Below, one piece after another: positions 17,020 through 26,000 of a stretch of 29,738 nucleotides of DNA (positions are counted from its first letter, which is position 1; the number at the start of each line of letters is the position of its first letter). The position numbers and the translations under genes are program-made. This DNA comes from a virus (Duplodnaviria > Caudoviricetes). The DNA lies in the IMG/VR virus record IMGVR_UViG_3300016667_000431, positions 1 to 29,738 of that record. One strand, written 5' to 3'. The notes below the pieces were generated by a model. It made no database searches. It saw only the letters and a program-made list of their open reading frames with translations, and was not told the DNA's origin.

Positions 17020-19038
17020 TTATCCCACTAACCAGTTGGTGCCGTCGGAGTAAACAGGAACTGGAATTGCACCTGATCCAACTACAGTCGCCATAAATGT
17101 TGGAGCTAGAGCATCACTTACAAATGATCTAGCTCCTGCTCCTGATGTTGCTGCATTTGGTAGTGTTGCTACAGTATATACTGTTTGTTTATATACGCCA
17201 CTAGCACTTATATTTCCAACTACTGTGAGTTTTTCGTTTGGAGTAGTAGTATTGATGCCTACGTTACCCGAGCCATTAAAGATTACAACTTCCCTTAATC
17301 CAGATGAATTACCATAAATATCAATTGCAGAAGCTGTAGCAAAACGAATAGTATTATCCATACTATTTTTAATATATGCATTTACTGACCCAGCAGCTGT
17401 GTCAGCTGATCCGCCAAAATTACTAACAAATTGAATTGATTGATTGCCACTAACAATAGACCCATGATTTGTTACTATTTGAAGCGTTGTATCTCCACCA
17501 TATTGACTTGTATGAACTCTAAAAATACCATTTGATGGCATTGCGATATTACCCTCTGGTGAAATTATTGTACTTTGATTCCCGTATAATGTAAATCTCC
17601 CATTACTAACATGAGAAGCCGCAATACCCCCAACATTTTGTATATAAAATGATGTATTATTTGCACCATTTCTAGTTCTAAATACATCACCAGCATAACC
17701 TCCTAAGACATCTAAGTTATGTGTAGGACTACTAGTACCTATACCTACATTTCCCCCACTAGTTATAGTCATTCTAGTAGAATTAGCAGTCTGAAATGCT
17801 ATATCTCTATTAGATCCTGTTCCTAATCCTTCAGCTCCAATTTGTAGAGTATTGCTACTCCATCTAAAATAACCTCTTTCGTAGTTACTTGCATCTGTGT
17901 ATGTGTTATAGAGTCTGAATGTTTGAGCATTGGTGCTGTTTACCTGTGAGAGAATACCAGCACCTTCACGGGATAGTGAAACATCTGGTACAGCACCAAT
18001 ACTAGTTGATGTAAATCCAAATCTATTATTATAAATAGATAATCCATAATACGAATATCTAAAACCATCTGATGATCCAACATTATCAAATCTAAATCCT
18101 TGATTATTACCAGTCTGGTTTCTAAATATATGATCACCGTTGGATGGACCAGAAGATGAACCTACTTCCAACGCTCCCCATTCTCGTAATTTAAATCTTG
18201 TTTCACCATTGACGGTTACGCTAATAATATTGTTGTTATTCGGAGATGAAGTCGGTGAAACTGAGTCATTGTTAATAATATTAGCACTTAAAATAGTAAA
18301 TGACGCATTTCTATTATTCCATGTCTGTTGTAATATAACAGGAGCAGTAGAGCTTAGAGATTGGTTATAACCGGGAGCTATAATAATAGGACTTACTAAC
18401 CCACTTAAGACACTATTACCAGCAGTAGTAGCCGTTTCAGTACCAATTACAAAAGCAGAGTTAGGTTGTTTCCATGTAAATGTACCTCTTTGATAATTGT
18501 TAGCATCTGTATAAGTGAGGTATTGTTGAAACGTTTGGGAGTTAGTACCTTTACGTTGAGCTAGCCGACCAACACCATCTCTATATAATGCAACATCCGC
18601 GTAATAATTTCCAAATACGGTATTGCCACTGGTAAATTGTAGAGGTCGTCCATTACCAATTACAACACCTGCATCATATTGTATTGCTACAGTAGCGTTA
18701 TTATTTGGATTCCATTCACCATATGCTCCACATAAGAATCCATAACCTCCTATGGAAAATGAATTTGGATAACCATAATAATTACCAACAAATCTAGCAG
18801 CATCTTTGAGATTAGAATTAGGACCCGGTATTTGCGCGTTATCTACAATAACACCGGTAGAGCTTACAGTACCATTTACTGTAGCATTCCCCTGAACTGT
18901 AAACCCAGAAAGCTCGTATTGCTTAATGTCCATTACAGTAACAACAGCAGAGAGTGCTGATAAAGTACCGTTTACTGTAACATCTCCATTGAAAGTCGAA
19001 TTATTACCATTTAATGTTGGTATTGGATCGTAAGACAT
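17020..19038 (-). CDS. Tail fibre / adhesin-like protein
   Basis: G/N/S/T-rich; GNVGIGTSSP and GNVGINTTTP repeats; C-terminal YTVATLP...VPVYSDGTNW; two internal ~42 aa repeats. Confidence 0.8.
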   Translation of the reverse strand: MSYDPIPTLNGNNSTFNGDVTVNGTLSALSAVVTVMDIKQYELSGFTVQGNATVNGTVSSTGVIVDNAQIPGPNSNLKDAARFVGNYYGYPNSFSIGGYGFLCGAYGEWNPNNNATVAIQYDAGVVIGNGRPLQFTSGNTVFGNYYADVALYRDGVGRLAQRKGTNSQTFQQYLTYTDANNYQRGTFTWKQPNSAFVIGTETATTAGNSVLSGLVSPIIIAPGYNQSLSSTAPVILQQTWNNRNASFTILSANIINNDSVSPTSSPNNNNIISVTVNGETRFKLREWGALEVGSSSGPSNGDHIFRNQTGNNQGFRFDNVGSSDGFRYSYYGLSIYNNRFGFTSTSIGAVPDVSLSREGAGILSQVNSTNAQTFRLYNTYTDASNYERGYFRWSSNTLQIGAEGLGTGSNRDIAFQTANSTRMTITSGGNVGIGTSSPTHNLDVLGGYAGDVFRTRNGANNTSFYIQNVGGIAASHVSNGRFTLYGNQSTIISPEGNIAMPSNGIFRVHTSQYGGDTTLQIVTNHGSIVSGNQSIQFVSNFGGSADTAAGSVNAYIKNSMDNTIRFATASAIDIYGNSSGLREVVIFNGSGNVGINTTTPNEKLTVVGNISASGVYKQTVYTVATLPNAATSGAGARSFVSDALAPTFMATVVGSGAIPVPVYSDGTNWLVG

Positions 19039-19050
19039 CTCTTCTTATAT

Positions 19051-19290
19051 TTAATTTGGTAATGTTGGTTGAAAGCCATTTAGTAATGTGCCTTCTTCAG
19101 ACTCTGTATATTTTTTAATATCTAATTGAAAGTAATTGCATGCTTCCTCTAATGTATCAAACCAATACCATCCATCAATAGGATATACATATGAATCTTT
19201 ATTATCTGAGAATAATGTATAATTTGTACTATATACTGAACTTCCGCAGAAAAGCTGTCCATTATCATTCTTATAAAATCCTTCTTTCAT
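19051..19290 (-). CDS. Hypothetical protein
   Basis: 79 aa; GFYK...YVYPIDGWYWFDT pattern; lies within the fibre cluster. Confidence 0.7.
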   Translation of the reverse strand: MKEGFYKNDNGQLFCGSSVYSTNYTLFSDNKDSYVYPIDGWYWFDTLEEACNYFQLDIKKYTESEEGTLLNGFQPTLPN

Positions 19291-19306
19291 ATTTTTAATT
19301 ATTATT

Positions 19307-20485
19307 TTATGCTGTTACTACAGTCCACCCCTTATTAGTAGCGATGAGTAGGTCGGCTGCTGATAGAGATGATGTGCCTATATTAAGACCAACATCAATA
19401 GTCTGACTCGTAGCTGTCCCTAAATTATTAAATATATCAATAATCTGTAAACGAGAAAGAGCACAACCTCTATAAGAGATACTGAATTTTGTACCAGAAA
19501 GAGGGGCTGAGTGGAGAGATGGACAACCACTAAATATAGAACCAAAATTACCCGTTGTTACAGCAGATGTATTTAGAGCTGGAACTGTTTGTAGACTAAA
19601 GCAGTTCTGAAACATACTCTGCATATTAGTTACAGCACCTGTATTAAATAGTGGAACTGTTTGTAGACTATAGCAGAATTGGAACATACTCGACATATTA
19701 GTTACAGCAGATGTATTAAATAGTGGAACTGTCTGTAAACTACAACAGTTATAAAACATCTGCTGCATAGTAGTTACAGCAGCTGTATTAAATAGTGGTA
19801 CTGTCTGTAGACTATGGCAGTTATCAAACATATACTGCATATTAGTTGCAGCAGAAGTACTTCTAATACTAATATCCTGCAACGATCTAAAAGCTTGAAA
19901 TTTATATGAATAATCTGTAATAGTTCCCGTTACCCCAATATTAACTCTTTCACAGAAAGATAAATAAGATGTTCCTCCTCCAATAGACAGAGATGTTAAG
20001 TTTGGGCTATTTAGTGATATATCTAAATAATTGGTAGTGTAATTATTATTGAGACCTGTATATAACTGTTGTAAATTTATGCTGGTTAAATTTTGACCCG
20101 ATTGAGGAGTTACTATAACTAAAACCTGCCGAGCAACAACACCCGTTGTTAACTCAAATTCTGTGGAAGCAGAGATAGAACTAAATGTATACTTATGTTG
20201 TGCTTTTACTCCCGAAGATATATTTTCTATATTACCATCTCCCCAATCAACAGTATAATTACCGCTACACATTAGAGCGATATACTGAGAATCATCATTA
20301 GTAACAGCAACTAATCCTACAAACTTCTGATCGGTATCAGCTAATGTAGGCATAGGCAACCATAGAGGATTTCTTACCCAATTTTGTACAACAGTTCTAT
20401 CTGTTGACATTACACTGTTTGATCTACCAGCATATGAAGCAATTCTGCCAATGCCTGTTGAGCCTAATTTAAGTACTGATCCCAT
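19307..20485 (-). CDS. BspA/DUF285-like repeat surface protein with a PKD-like VDWGDG motif
   Basis: YTVDWGDG; four 24 aa repeats NMxxMFxxCxSLQTVPLFNTxAVT; C-terminal IATNKGWTV. Confidence 0.8.
   Translation of the reverse strand: MGSVLKLGSTGIGRIASYAGRSNSVMSTDRTVVQNWVRNPLWLPMPTLADTDQKFVGLVAVTNDDSQYIALMCSGNYTVDWGDGNIENISSGVKAQHKYTFSSISASTEFELTTGVVARQVLVIVTPQSGQNLTSINLQQLYTGLNNNYTTNYLDISLNSPNLTSLSIGGGTSYLSFCERVNIGVTGTITDYSYKFQAFRSLQDISIRSTSAATNMQYMFDNCHSLQTVPLFNTAAVTTMQQMFYNCCSLQTVPLFNTSAVTNMSSMFQFCYSLQTVPLFNTGAVTNMQSMFQNCFSLQTVPALNTSAVTTGNFGSIFSGCPSLHSAPLSGTKFSISYRGCALSRLQIIDIFNNLGTATSQTIDVGLNIGTSSLSAADLLIATNKGWTVVTA
19556..19843 (-). repeat. Four tandem 72-bp coding repeats
   Basis: Units NMQYMFDNCHSLQTVPLFNTAAVT / TMQQMFYNCCS... 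/ NMSSMFQFCYS... / NMQSMFQNCFS... Confidence 0.9.
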
Positions 20486-22389
20486 TATATTATTATCCAG
20501 TTAGAGTTGTTTGATTGAATTGTGAATGATTGGTATTGAGTAGACATTGTAATAACAGATCTGCCGTCTATAGTTTCTCCCGTCGCCGCTGATAGATTGG
20601 ACGAACCTGTAGAGCTATTTTTAATATTATAAATTCTACCATTATTACCAATTGCTGTAGGTAGAGTGAGATTACAGGCAGTAGTAATATTGATAGTATA
20701 ATCTTTATCAGTAACTGTATAATCAGAATTAACGGTTCTTAATGGTAAAACAATTGGTCCCTGCAAACTAGCATCAGTAATAATATAAAAAGTATTGGGA
20801 TCGGGAGTTATGCTATCATATTGAGCCTGTGTTACTGATTCGATATAAAAAATACCCGAGCTGGTAATAGCTCTTTTACCACTAATAGTAACTGTATTGG
20901 TAGCGCTAATACTACCCTGAACAGTTAAGCTACCACTTAATGTGCCTCCTGATAGCGGTAAGTAATTACCTGTAGGGATTGATAATCCAAGATATTGACT
21001 TGCTGAAAAGGCGCCTGTAACAGTAAGATTACCGTTCATTGTACCTCCGTTAGCAAATTGCTGTGCTACAGAGCCGCCTCCAGATGACATTTCAATAAGT
21101 CTCTTAAGAGACATTACTTCATTTGTAAATTTAGTTGTAATACTCTTTTCTAGAGCGCTTTGAACAGATTTAAGATCAATTTTCTGATCTAGACCGTCTT
21201 TCTTTTCAATAATGATATTCGGTACATCAACTTTTATATTAGCTATTTCTGCTAATAAAGACTGCCTACTCTCATTGATAAGATTGATAAAATAGGATTT
21301 TGTCTCTTCTGTTGTATCAGTTAATTGATTTTCGATAACAAAAAGTTTATCATCATAGTACTGTCTTATTCTATCTTCAGCAGTCTCGATTCTACCACTA
21401 ATACTACTGATAGATTCTTCAATCTGTGTCTTAACATTACCAATACGGCTGAGAGCTTTATTAGATGATTTGCTAATAGCATCATGTAATTCGACATTAG
21501 CGCTTTCTAAATTAAGAATAGCAGTATTTACTACATCAATCTTTTTAGCTATATCTTCATTAACAATCTGTCTATGTTCGTCAAAGAGTAGATCTACAGC
21601 AGTTAACTTCTCAGTAATATGATTGGTTAATGTATTGTGTGTCTTCTTAATCTCCTTAAGTAATGTACCTTTAAGGATATTTGCAGCTAGTGAATTGATT
21701 TGCTCATTGAAGAATTCAATCGCTAATTCATTCTTTTTGTCGAGATCTTCACTAAGACCTTCTGCTAGTGAATTGATAGATTCAGAAATAAACTCTCTAA
21801 TATCAGATCTCTCATTAGTATTAAAGTCATATAGATCACTTTTAACACTCTCAGCGATAGATATAAATTCATCAACGAGTGATGTCTTGAGTGTATTAAT
21901 CTCACTAACAATAGCCTGGCTGCGCTGCTCAGCAATTACATCAGCTTCCTGTATCTTCTGCTGCTTTATACTCTCTGCATATTCTTTAGCGGACTTTCTA
22001 GCTTGATTAAGCTCTTTTAAAATGTCTTCCTTTTTCTCAAAGACAATTTGCTCGACTTCATCATGTGACTGTTCTTCAGCAAAAAAATATTCCTCAACAC
22101 TATTATCTACAACATCCTTTACATATGTCGTATTATTCTTGTTGAACAGAATTTCAAATTTACCATTTTGTATAACAAATGGCGCCGTAAACTCTTTACC
22201 TTCCAATACTATCGGTAGACTTACGACAGGGGATCCCTTATATTCGGATACCTTTTCTGCAATAAATTTCTTTCCGTTTATCTCTAACTCATAGACATCG
22301 AAGAAAATTTCACTGAAGCTTTCAACGGTAATGATGTTAAGGTTAGAGCTAGTAAAGGTAGGTGATACCTTTTCGCTAAACAGTCTCAT
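20485..22389 (-). CDS. Coiled-coil fibre-like structural protein
   Basis: About 400 aa of coiled coil, then SSGGGSVAQQFANGGTMNG, YLPLSGGTLSG, VTQAQYDSITPDPNTFYII and LTLPTA..NGRIYNIKN..TIDG..SNNSNW fibre modules; TAAATA 7 nt upstream. Confidence 0.7.
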   Translation of the reverse strand: MRLFSEKVSPTFTSSNLNIITVESFSEIFFDVYELEINGKKFIAEKVSEYKGSPVVSLPIVLEGKEFTAPFVIQNGKFEILFNKNNTTYVKDVVDNSVEEYFFAEEQSHDEVEQIVFEKKEDILKELNQARKSAKEYAESIKQQKIQEADVIAEQRSQAIVSEINTLKTSLVDEFISIAESVKSDLYDFNTNERSDIREFISESINSLAEGLSEDLDKKNELAIEFFNEQINSLAANILKGTLLKEIKKTHNTLTNHITEKLTAVDLLFDEHRQIVNEDIAKKIDVVNTAILNLESANVELHDAISKSSNKALSRIGNVKTQIEESISSISGRIETAEDRIRQYYDDKLFVIENQLTDTTEETKSYFINLINESRQSLLAEIANIKVDVPNIIIEKKDGLDQKIDLKSVQSALEKSITTKFTNEVMSLKRLIEMSSGGGSVAQQFANGGTMNGNLTVTGAFSASQYLGLSIPTGNYLPLSGGTLSGSLTVQGSISATNTVTISGKRAITSSGIFYIESVTQAQYDSITPDPNTFYIITDASLQGPIVLPLRTVNSDYTVTDKDYTINITTACNLTLPTAIGNNGRIYNIKNSSTGSSNLSAATGETIDGRSVITMSTQYQSFTIQSNNSNWIII

Positions 22390-22427
22390 CTAGTATTATT
22401 TATTCGTAAATTTTGATAGATCTATAT

Positions 22428-22465
22428 AAAAACAAAAAACCTGGTACCATTAATGGTACCAGGTT
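22428..22465 (-). terminator. Terminator ending the deazaguanine operon
   Basis: Perfect 28-bp inverted repeat aacctggtaccattaatggtaccaggtt (22438-22465) followed by T-runs on the minus strand. Confidence 0.8.
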
Positions 22466-22492
22466 AACACAAACAATTAGTTATTGAGCTAA

Positions 22493-23413
22493 TTATTGCT
22501 TTGGCGTCTTAACATGCGAAATAGTATGATCGCTTAACGCATAATGTAGTAAGTGCTCATCTGAAGCGCGCTCTGGATTAATATCCCAACCACCACGACG
22601 AGCGTATAAGCAACGAACGACAAGCTGATCCGGTTGAACAATATCATGGAGTCGCTTATAAATCGCTTCACAGATCTCTTCATGGAAGTGACACTCATCG
22701 CGAAATGAAACGATATACTTAAGAAGTGACATTGGATGTACTGTACGTTTACCCTTCATATAGATATAAACATCACCACTATCTGGCTGAGCAGTTACAC
22801 GACAGCGACTACGTAGAAGTGCGCTATGATATGATACTTCTTCAATTTCTGAATCAATTACTTCTAGTAGTTCAGGAGTTTCAGTATACACATCAAATAC
22901 TTCACCCTCAGTAGGATATTCAGTCTCTAGAGTAATATACTCATTATGATCCCACTCTTTAAATGGTGCAGTATCATCACCTAGAACATAATCATTACTA
23001 CATACACGAACTCGTACATCAGTCTCTAGAAGCTCAGAAAGATCTTTTGCAGCAGTCTCTTCTAGCGCATTACGAATTTCTTCAACAGTATCACCAAGCT
23101 TAGTCATACTAAACGAATTAAAGTATAGCTTCATCGACTTCGACTCGACAATATACTTACTATCACATGAGTATACAACCTTTGCAATACATACAACCGG
23201 TAGTCCAGAATTAGTGAGAGTGGTTACCTCATAACCATTCCAGGTATCGTATCCTAAGAATGGTAAATTATGATCATCAAGCTCTAGATGAACGCGATTA
23301 GACTGTCGTGGTTCACGAACCAAAAGTGAAGGATCATAGATGCAAGCATATTCAGAATTCTTACCTAGGTGCTTACTTACGTTTGAGTTATCTGGATTAT
23401 CGTTAAGGGCCAT
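22493..23413 (-). CDS. queF: NADPH-dependent preQ0 reductase, bimodular (E. coli-type) QueF
   Basis: YDPSLL, QueF motif IVESKSMKLYFNSF, catalytic Cys in LLRSRCRVTAQPDSG, FHEEICE, YARRGGWDINP. Confidence 0.92.
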   Translation of the reverse strand: MALNDNPDNSNVSKHLGKNSEYACIYDPSLLVREPRQSNRVHLELDDHNLPFLGYDTWNGYEVTTLTNSGLPVVCIAKVVYSCDSKYIVESKSMKLYFNSFSMTKLGDTVEEIRNALEETAAKDLSELLETDVRVRVCSNDYVLGDDTAPFKEWDHNEYITLETEYPTEGEVFDVYTETPELLEVIDSEIEEVSYHSALLRSRCRVTAQPDSGDVYIYMKGKRTVHPMSLLKYIVSFRDECHFHEEICEAIYKRLHDIVQPDQLVVRCLYARRGGWDINPERASDEHLLHYALSDHTISHVKTPKQ

Positions 23414-23435
23414 AATTTAGTTTATAATATAGATT

Positions 23436-23990
23436 TTATTTTACAATGTTAAAAGTCTTAAAAATAGTTTCAATCTGTTTCATTCGTTCCTCAACAGACC
23501 CTTTAAGCGTTACAATTTTGTCTGTGGGTACAAATCGTTTGTATTGATCAAATAATTCAATAATTTCATTTCGAAAGTCAATATCTACAGACCGTTCCCC
23601 ATCGTCAACTAACTGCACATCGTTTGGTTCTGGATACAGAATACAATCATAACGATCAATAGTTGCATTAAAGACACTACGAGCATGAGTATATACATCC
23701 ATCGTTACATGTCTTTTATTGCATAGCCAATGTGTGTATACAATACCATCTAGAGAGCAGCGATCTAAAACACAATCTTTCGTCCGATTAATAAAAGCAT
23801 TATGCATATGCATGCTCATAATCATAGTCTGAGTAATGTTATTACCTTCTTCATTAATAGGTAGATTATACTCACGCTTAACTAAACGAGTCACTTCTGG
23901 TACATACTCTAAATGCTGAAACTTAGTTTGACACTCCTTTAAGAGTGTAGTTTTACCAGTTGATTGCGCACCTGAAAAGGAAATTATCAT
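23436..23990 (-). CDS. P-loop nucleotide monophosphate kinase-like protein (AAA_28/NadR/thymidylate-kinase-like)
   Basis: SGAQSTGKTTL, VLDRCSLDGIVY, DDGERS, LKGSVEER. Confidence 0.8.
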   Translation of the reverse strand: MIISFSGAQSTGKTTLLKECQTKFQHLEYVPEVTRLVKREYNLPINEEGNNITQTMIMSMHMHNAFINRTKDCVLDRCSLDGIVYTHWLCNKRHVTMDVYTHARSVFNATIDRYDCILYPEPNDVQLVDDGERSVDIDFRNEIIELFDQYKRFVPTDKIVTLKGSVEERMKQIETIFKTFNIVK

Positions 23991-23999
23991 ATAATAGTA

Positions 24000-24539
24000 T
24001 TATAGTTTAGTTCCTAAAAATTCAACCCAAGCCTTAAATGATGTGTCTTTAAGAGTATCGAATGTTGCATCAAGTGAATCACATTTAGCATTACTTACCA
24101 TGCTATATGTAATTACATCACCAGCATCAACTTCAGGTACAACTTTATGTACAACGCTACCAACATATAGATAACGTCCAATATTATCCCATGCTCTCAC
24201 TTGCGGATCTTTACCTTTAAGCTCAGGATGGTAGTTAATTAATCCGGGATGACCGTTATACAACTTAAACTGATTGCAAATAGTCGCTGGTACAATATTT
24301 AACCAACCATGCAACGTTACAAGATCATACTCTTTAATCCACGATTTAAAATAATCGAGTTTTTCGCTATCTGTTAAACCTCGATACTTTCGTTTCTGTA
24401 CGAAAGCACTATTGCTGATACGACTATCAATTTCACCGGTGATATTATCAGTCACAATAAGGTCAGGATATCGACCAAGATGCTCTGATAGATTACATAT
24501 CTCACTACCCGTCTGACTAAAAAGAGCTGCCCATTTCAT
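24000..24539 (-). CDS. PurN-like formyltransferase, candidate DpdN
   Basis: ALFSQTGSE, LHGWLNIVP, YNGHPGLI..HPELKGKDPQ, GSVVHKV.PEVDAG (N/H/D catalytic residues of the GART fold). Confidence 0.8.
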   Translation of the reverse strand: MKWAALFSQTGSEICNLSEHLGRYPDLIVTDNITGEIDSRISNSAFVQKRKYRGLTDSEKLDYFKSWIKEYDLVTLHGWLNIVPATICNQFKLYNGHPGLINYHPELKGKDPQVRAWDNIGRYLYVGSVVHKVVPEVDAGDVITYSMVSNAKCDSLDATFDTLKDTSFKAWVEFLGTKL

Positions 24540-24543
24540 ATAA

Positions 24544-25341
24544 TTAACCTACAATAGCACGAAACTCATCGACGTTATGAATAATATCCTGCATTTCATC
24601 CGCACTAACTTCGTGATCGATTAGATCAGCTAGCTTAACCGATGGCTTACTATTCAACCCGATTTCTCTAATGTAACGAAGACCTTTAATACCTGCTACA
24701 ATAGGATTCGAAGTATCTACAGATCGAATGCTTGGAATTGATTTATAATTTTTAAATTCTCTAGCTAGCGATGCACCGAGTAGATGGTGTGGCTTATCTT
24801 TATTCCAAAAGCCATCCGCGATAAGACTTTCAATAAGATATTGACGACCAGTGCAGTATCGTTCAAGCTTACCACGATCATCACGATAAGTTGAATAACC
24901 TACAGCTTGATACCATGAATAGTCGAAAGAGATTGCAATATAATCGGCATTTTCTGACATAAACTTATAACACTCAACTAACTCCTGATATGTTTTACCT
25001 TGTACAACGCCGATTTTAAGACCAGGTAGATCTGGATATTCTGATACAAACTTCTTAAACGATTCAATCGTACCTCGAGTATCTTCAAGTACATCCGGTA
25101 CTACATAGAACGTTGGTTTAAGTTCCTCAACATATTCAGCAAACTTTGATGAATCAAATGCTGTGCCTAACTCGAAGATTGAGTTATCTAGAAGGACTTC
25201 ACGTCCCATAGCAAGTGTACGCTTAAAAAATGAGTGATATTCAGGATGTGTTTCTAGTAGGTGTACTAGACAATAATCGTAGTCATTATAGTGAATAGAA
25301 TGATCTAGAATACTGATCGGTGATTCATGGCTGATTAGCAT
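24544..25341 (-). CDS. TGT-fold transglycosylase-like protein, candidate DpdA (DpdA3-like)
   Basis: TGT-like motifs in order: LLDNS, VPDV, GVVQG, PHHLLG, SVDTS; no CxCxxC Zn site; ATG 25341 (MLISHESP) preferred over TTG 25365, which lies inside the promoter. Confidence 0.7.
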   Translation of the reverse strand: MLISHESPISILDHSIHYNDYDYCLVHLLETHPEYHSFFKRTLAMGREVLLDNSIFELGTAFDSSKFAEYVEELKPTFYVVPDVLEDTRGTIESFKKFVSEYPDLPGLKIGVVQGKTYQELVECYKFMSENADYIAISFDYSWYQAVGYSTYRDDRGKLERYCTGRQYLIESLIADGFWNKDKPHHLLGASLAREFKNYKSIPSIRSVDTSNPIVAGIKGLRYIREIGLNSKPSVKLADLIDHEVSADEMQDIIHNVDEFRAIVG

Positions 25342-25347
25342 GTCACT

Positions 25348-25376
25348 ATTATAGTGTAGTTCCAAATAAGAATCAA
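25348..25376 (-). promoter_or_regulatory. Sigma70-type early promoter of the deazaguanine operon
   Basis: TTGATT(25376-25371)-N17-TATAAT(25353-25348), then 6 nt to ATG 25341. Confidence 0.75.
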
Positions 25377-25390
25377 CAATAAATATCTAT

Positions 25391-25999
25391 ATGCCAGCTT
25401 TAATGAATAGCGTTAGTGGATTGCTTAATGCCACTAACAGTAAAATAGATCAGGTGACGGGAATCGCAAAAGGTATTCTTTGTCTACCATCATTTCTCAA
25501 TGGTCTATTTAGTAATATTACACAAGCGGCTTTAAGTGGTATTGTAAATGCGTTGAGCGCTATCGCTCTCGGTTTAGCTGATACTATCGCACAATTAGTA
25601 GCTAGTGAGGTAGCAAAGATAACCGGTGCAATTACTGATACACTGAATACATTTGTATCTATTATAGCTGATATAGCAGGAACTGTAGCGTTAGTTAAAA
25701 ACTTTATACAGTCTCTAGTAGATAGAACGAATAACATTAGAGACTTTATATCAAATAAAGAGAATTGTAATTTTGCAGGAGCAGAATTTGCAAAATGTTT
25801 AGTTGGTCAAATAACGCAAAGCTTAACAGCTAATGTTGCTAGAGATATTTCAAAAGGTACACTTGGTATCGGATCAATAACAGATTCTATAACAAAAAAG
25901 ATATCTTCCCCTGGAGGTCTTGCACAGAACTACGTAAATAAATCTGCTAGCCAAGTCAACCGTGCAACACAAATAATTTCAAAATCATCAATAATGTAA
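25391..25999 (+). CDS. Helical hypothetical late protein, baseplate-associated by context
   Basis: 202 aa, A/I/S/T-rich amphipathic helices; TAAATA at 25380-25385. Confidence 0.65.
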   Translation: MPALMNSVSGLLNATNSKIDQVTGIAKGILCLPSFLNGLFSNITQAALSGIVNALSAIALGLADTIAQLVASEVAKITGAITDTLNTFVSIIADIAGTVALVKNFIQSLVDRTNNIRDFISNKENCNFAGAEFAKCLVGQITQSLTANVARDISKGTLGIGSITDSITKKISSPGGLAQNYVNKSASQVNRATQIISKSSIM

Positions 26000-26000
26000 T

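Noticed and set aside
19556-19843. DGR template/variable repeats or a CRISPR array
   Set aside because: The repeats are tandem, in-frame and have no spacers; differences are not adenine-specific; no reverse transcriptase or cas gene is in the window
24000-24539. Ordinary purN auxiliary metabolic gene for purine synthesis
   Set aside because: The N-terminal loop is SQTGSE rather than the GART SGxGSN, and the gene lies between a TGT-like gene and queF; DNA-base formylation is more parsimonious, though unproven
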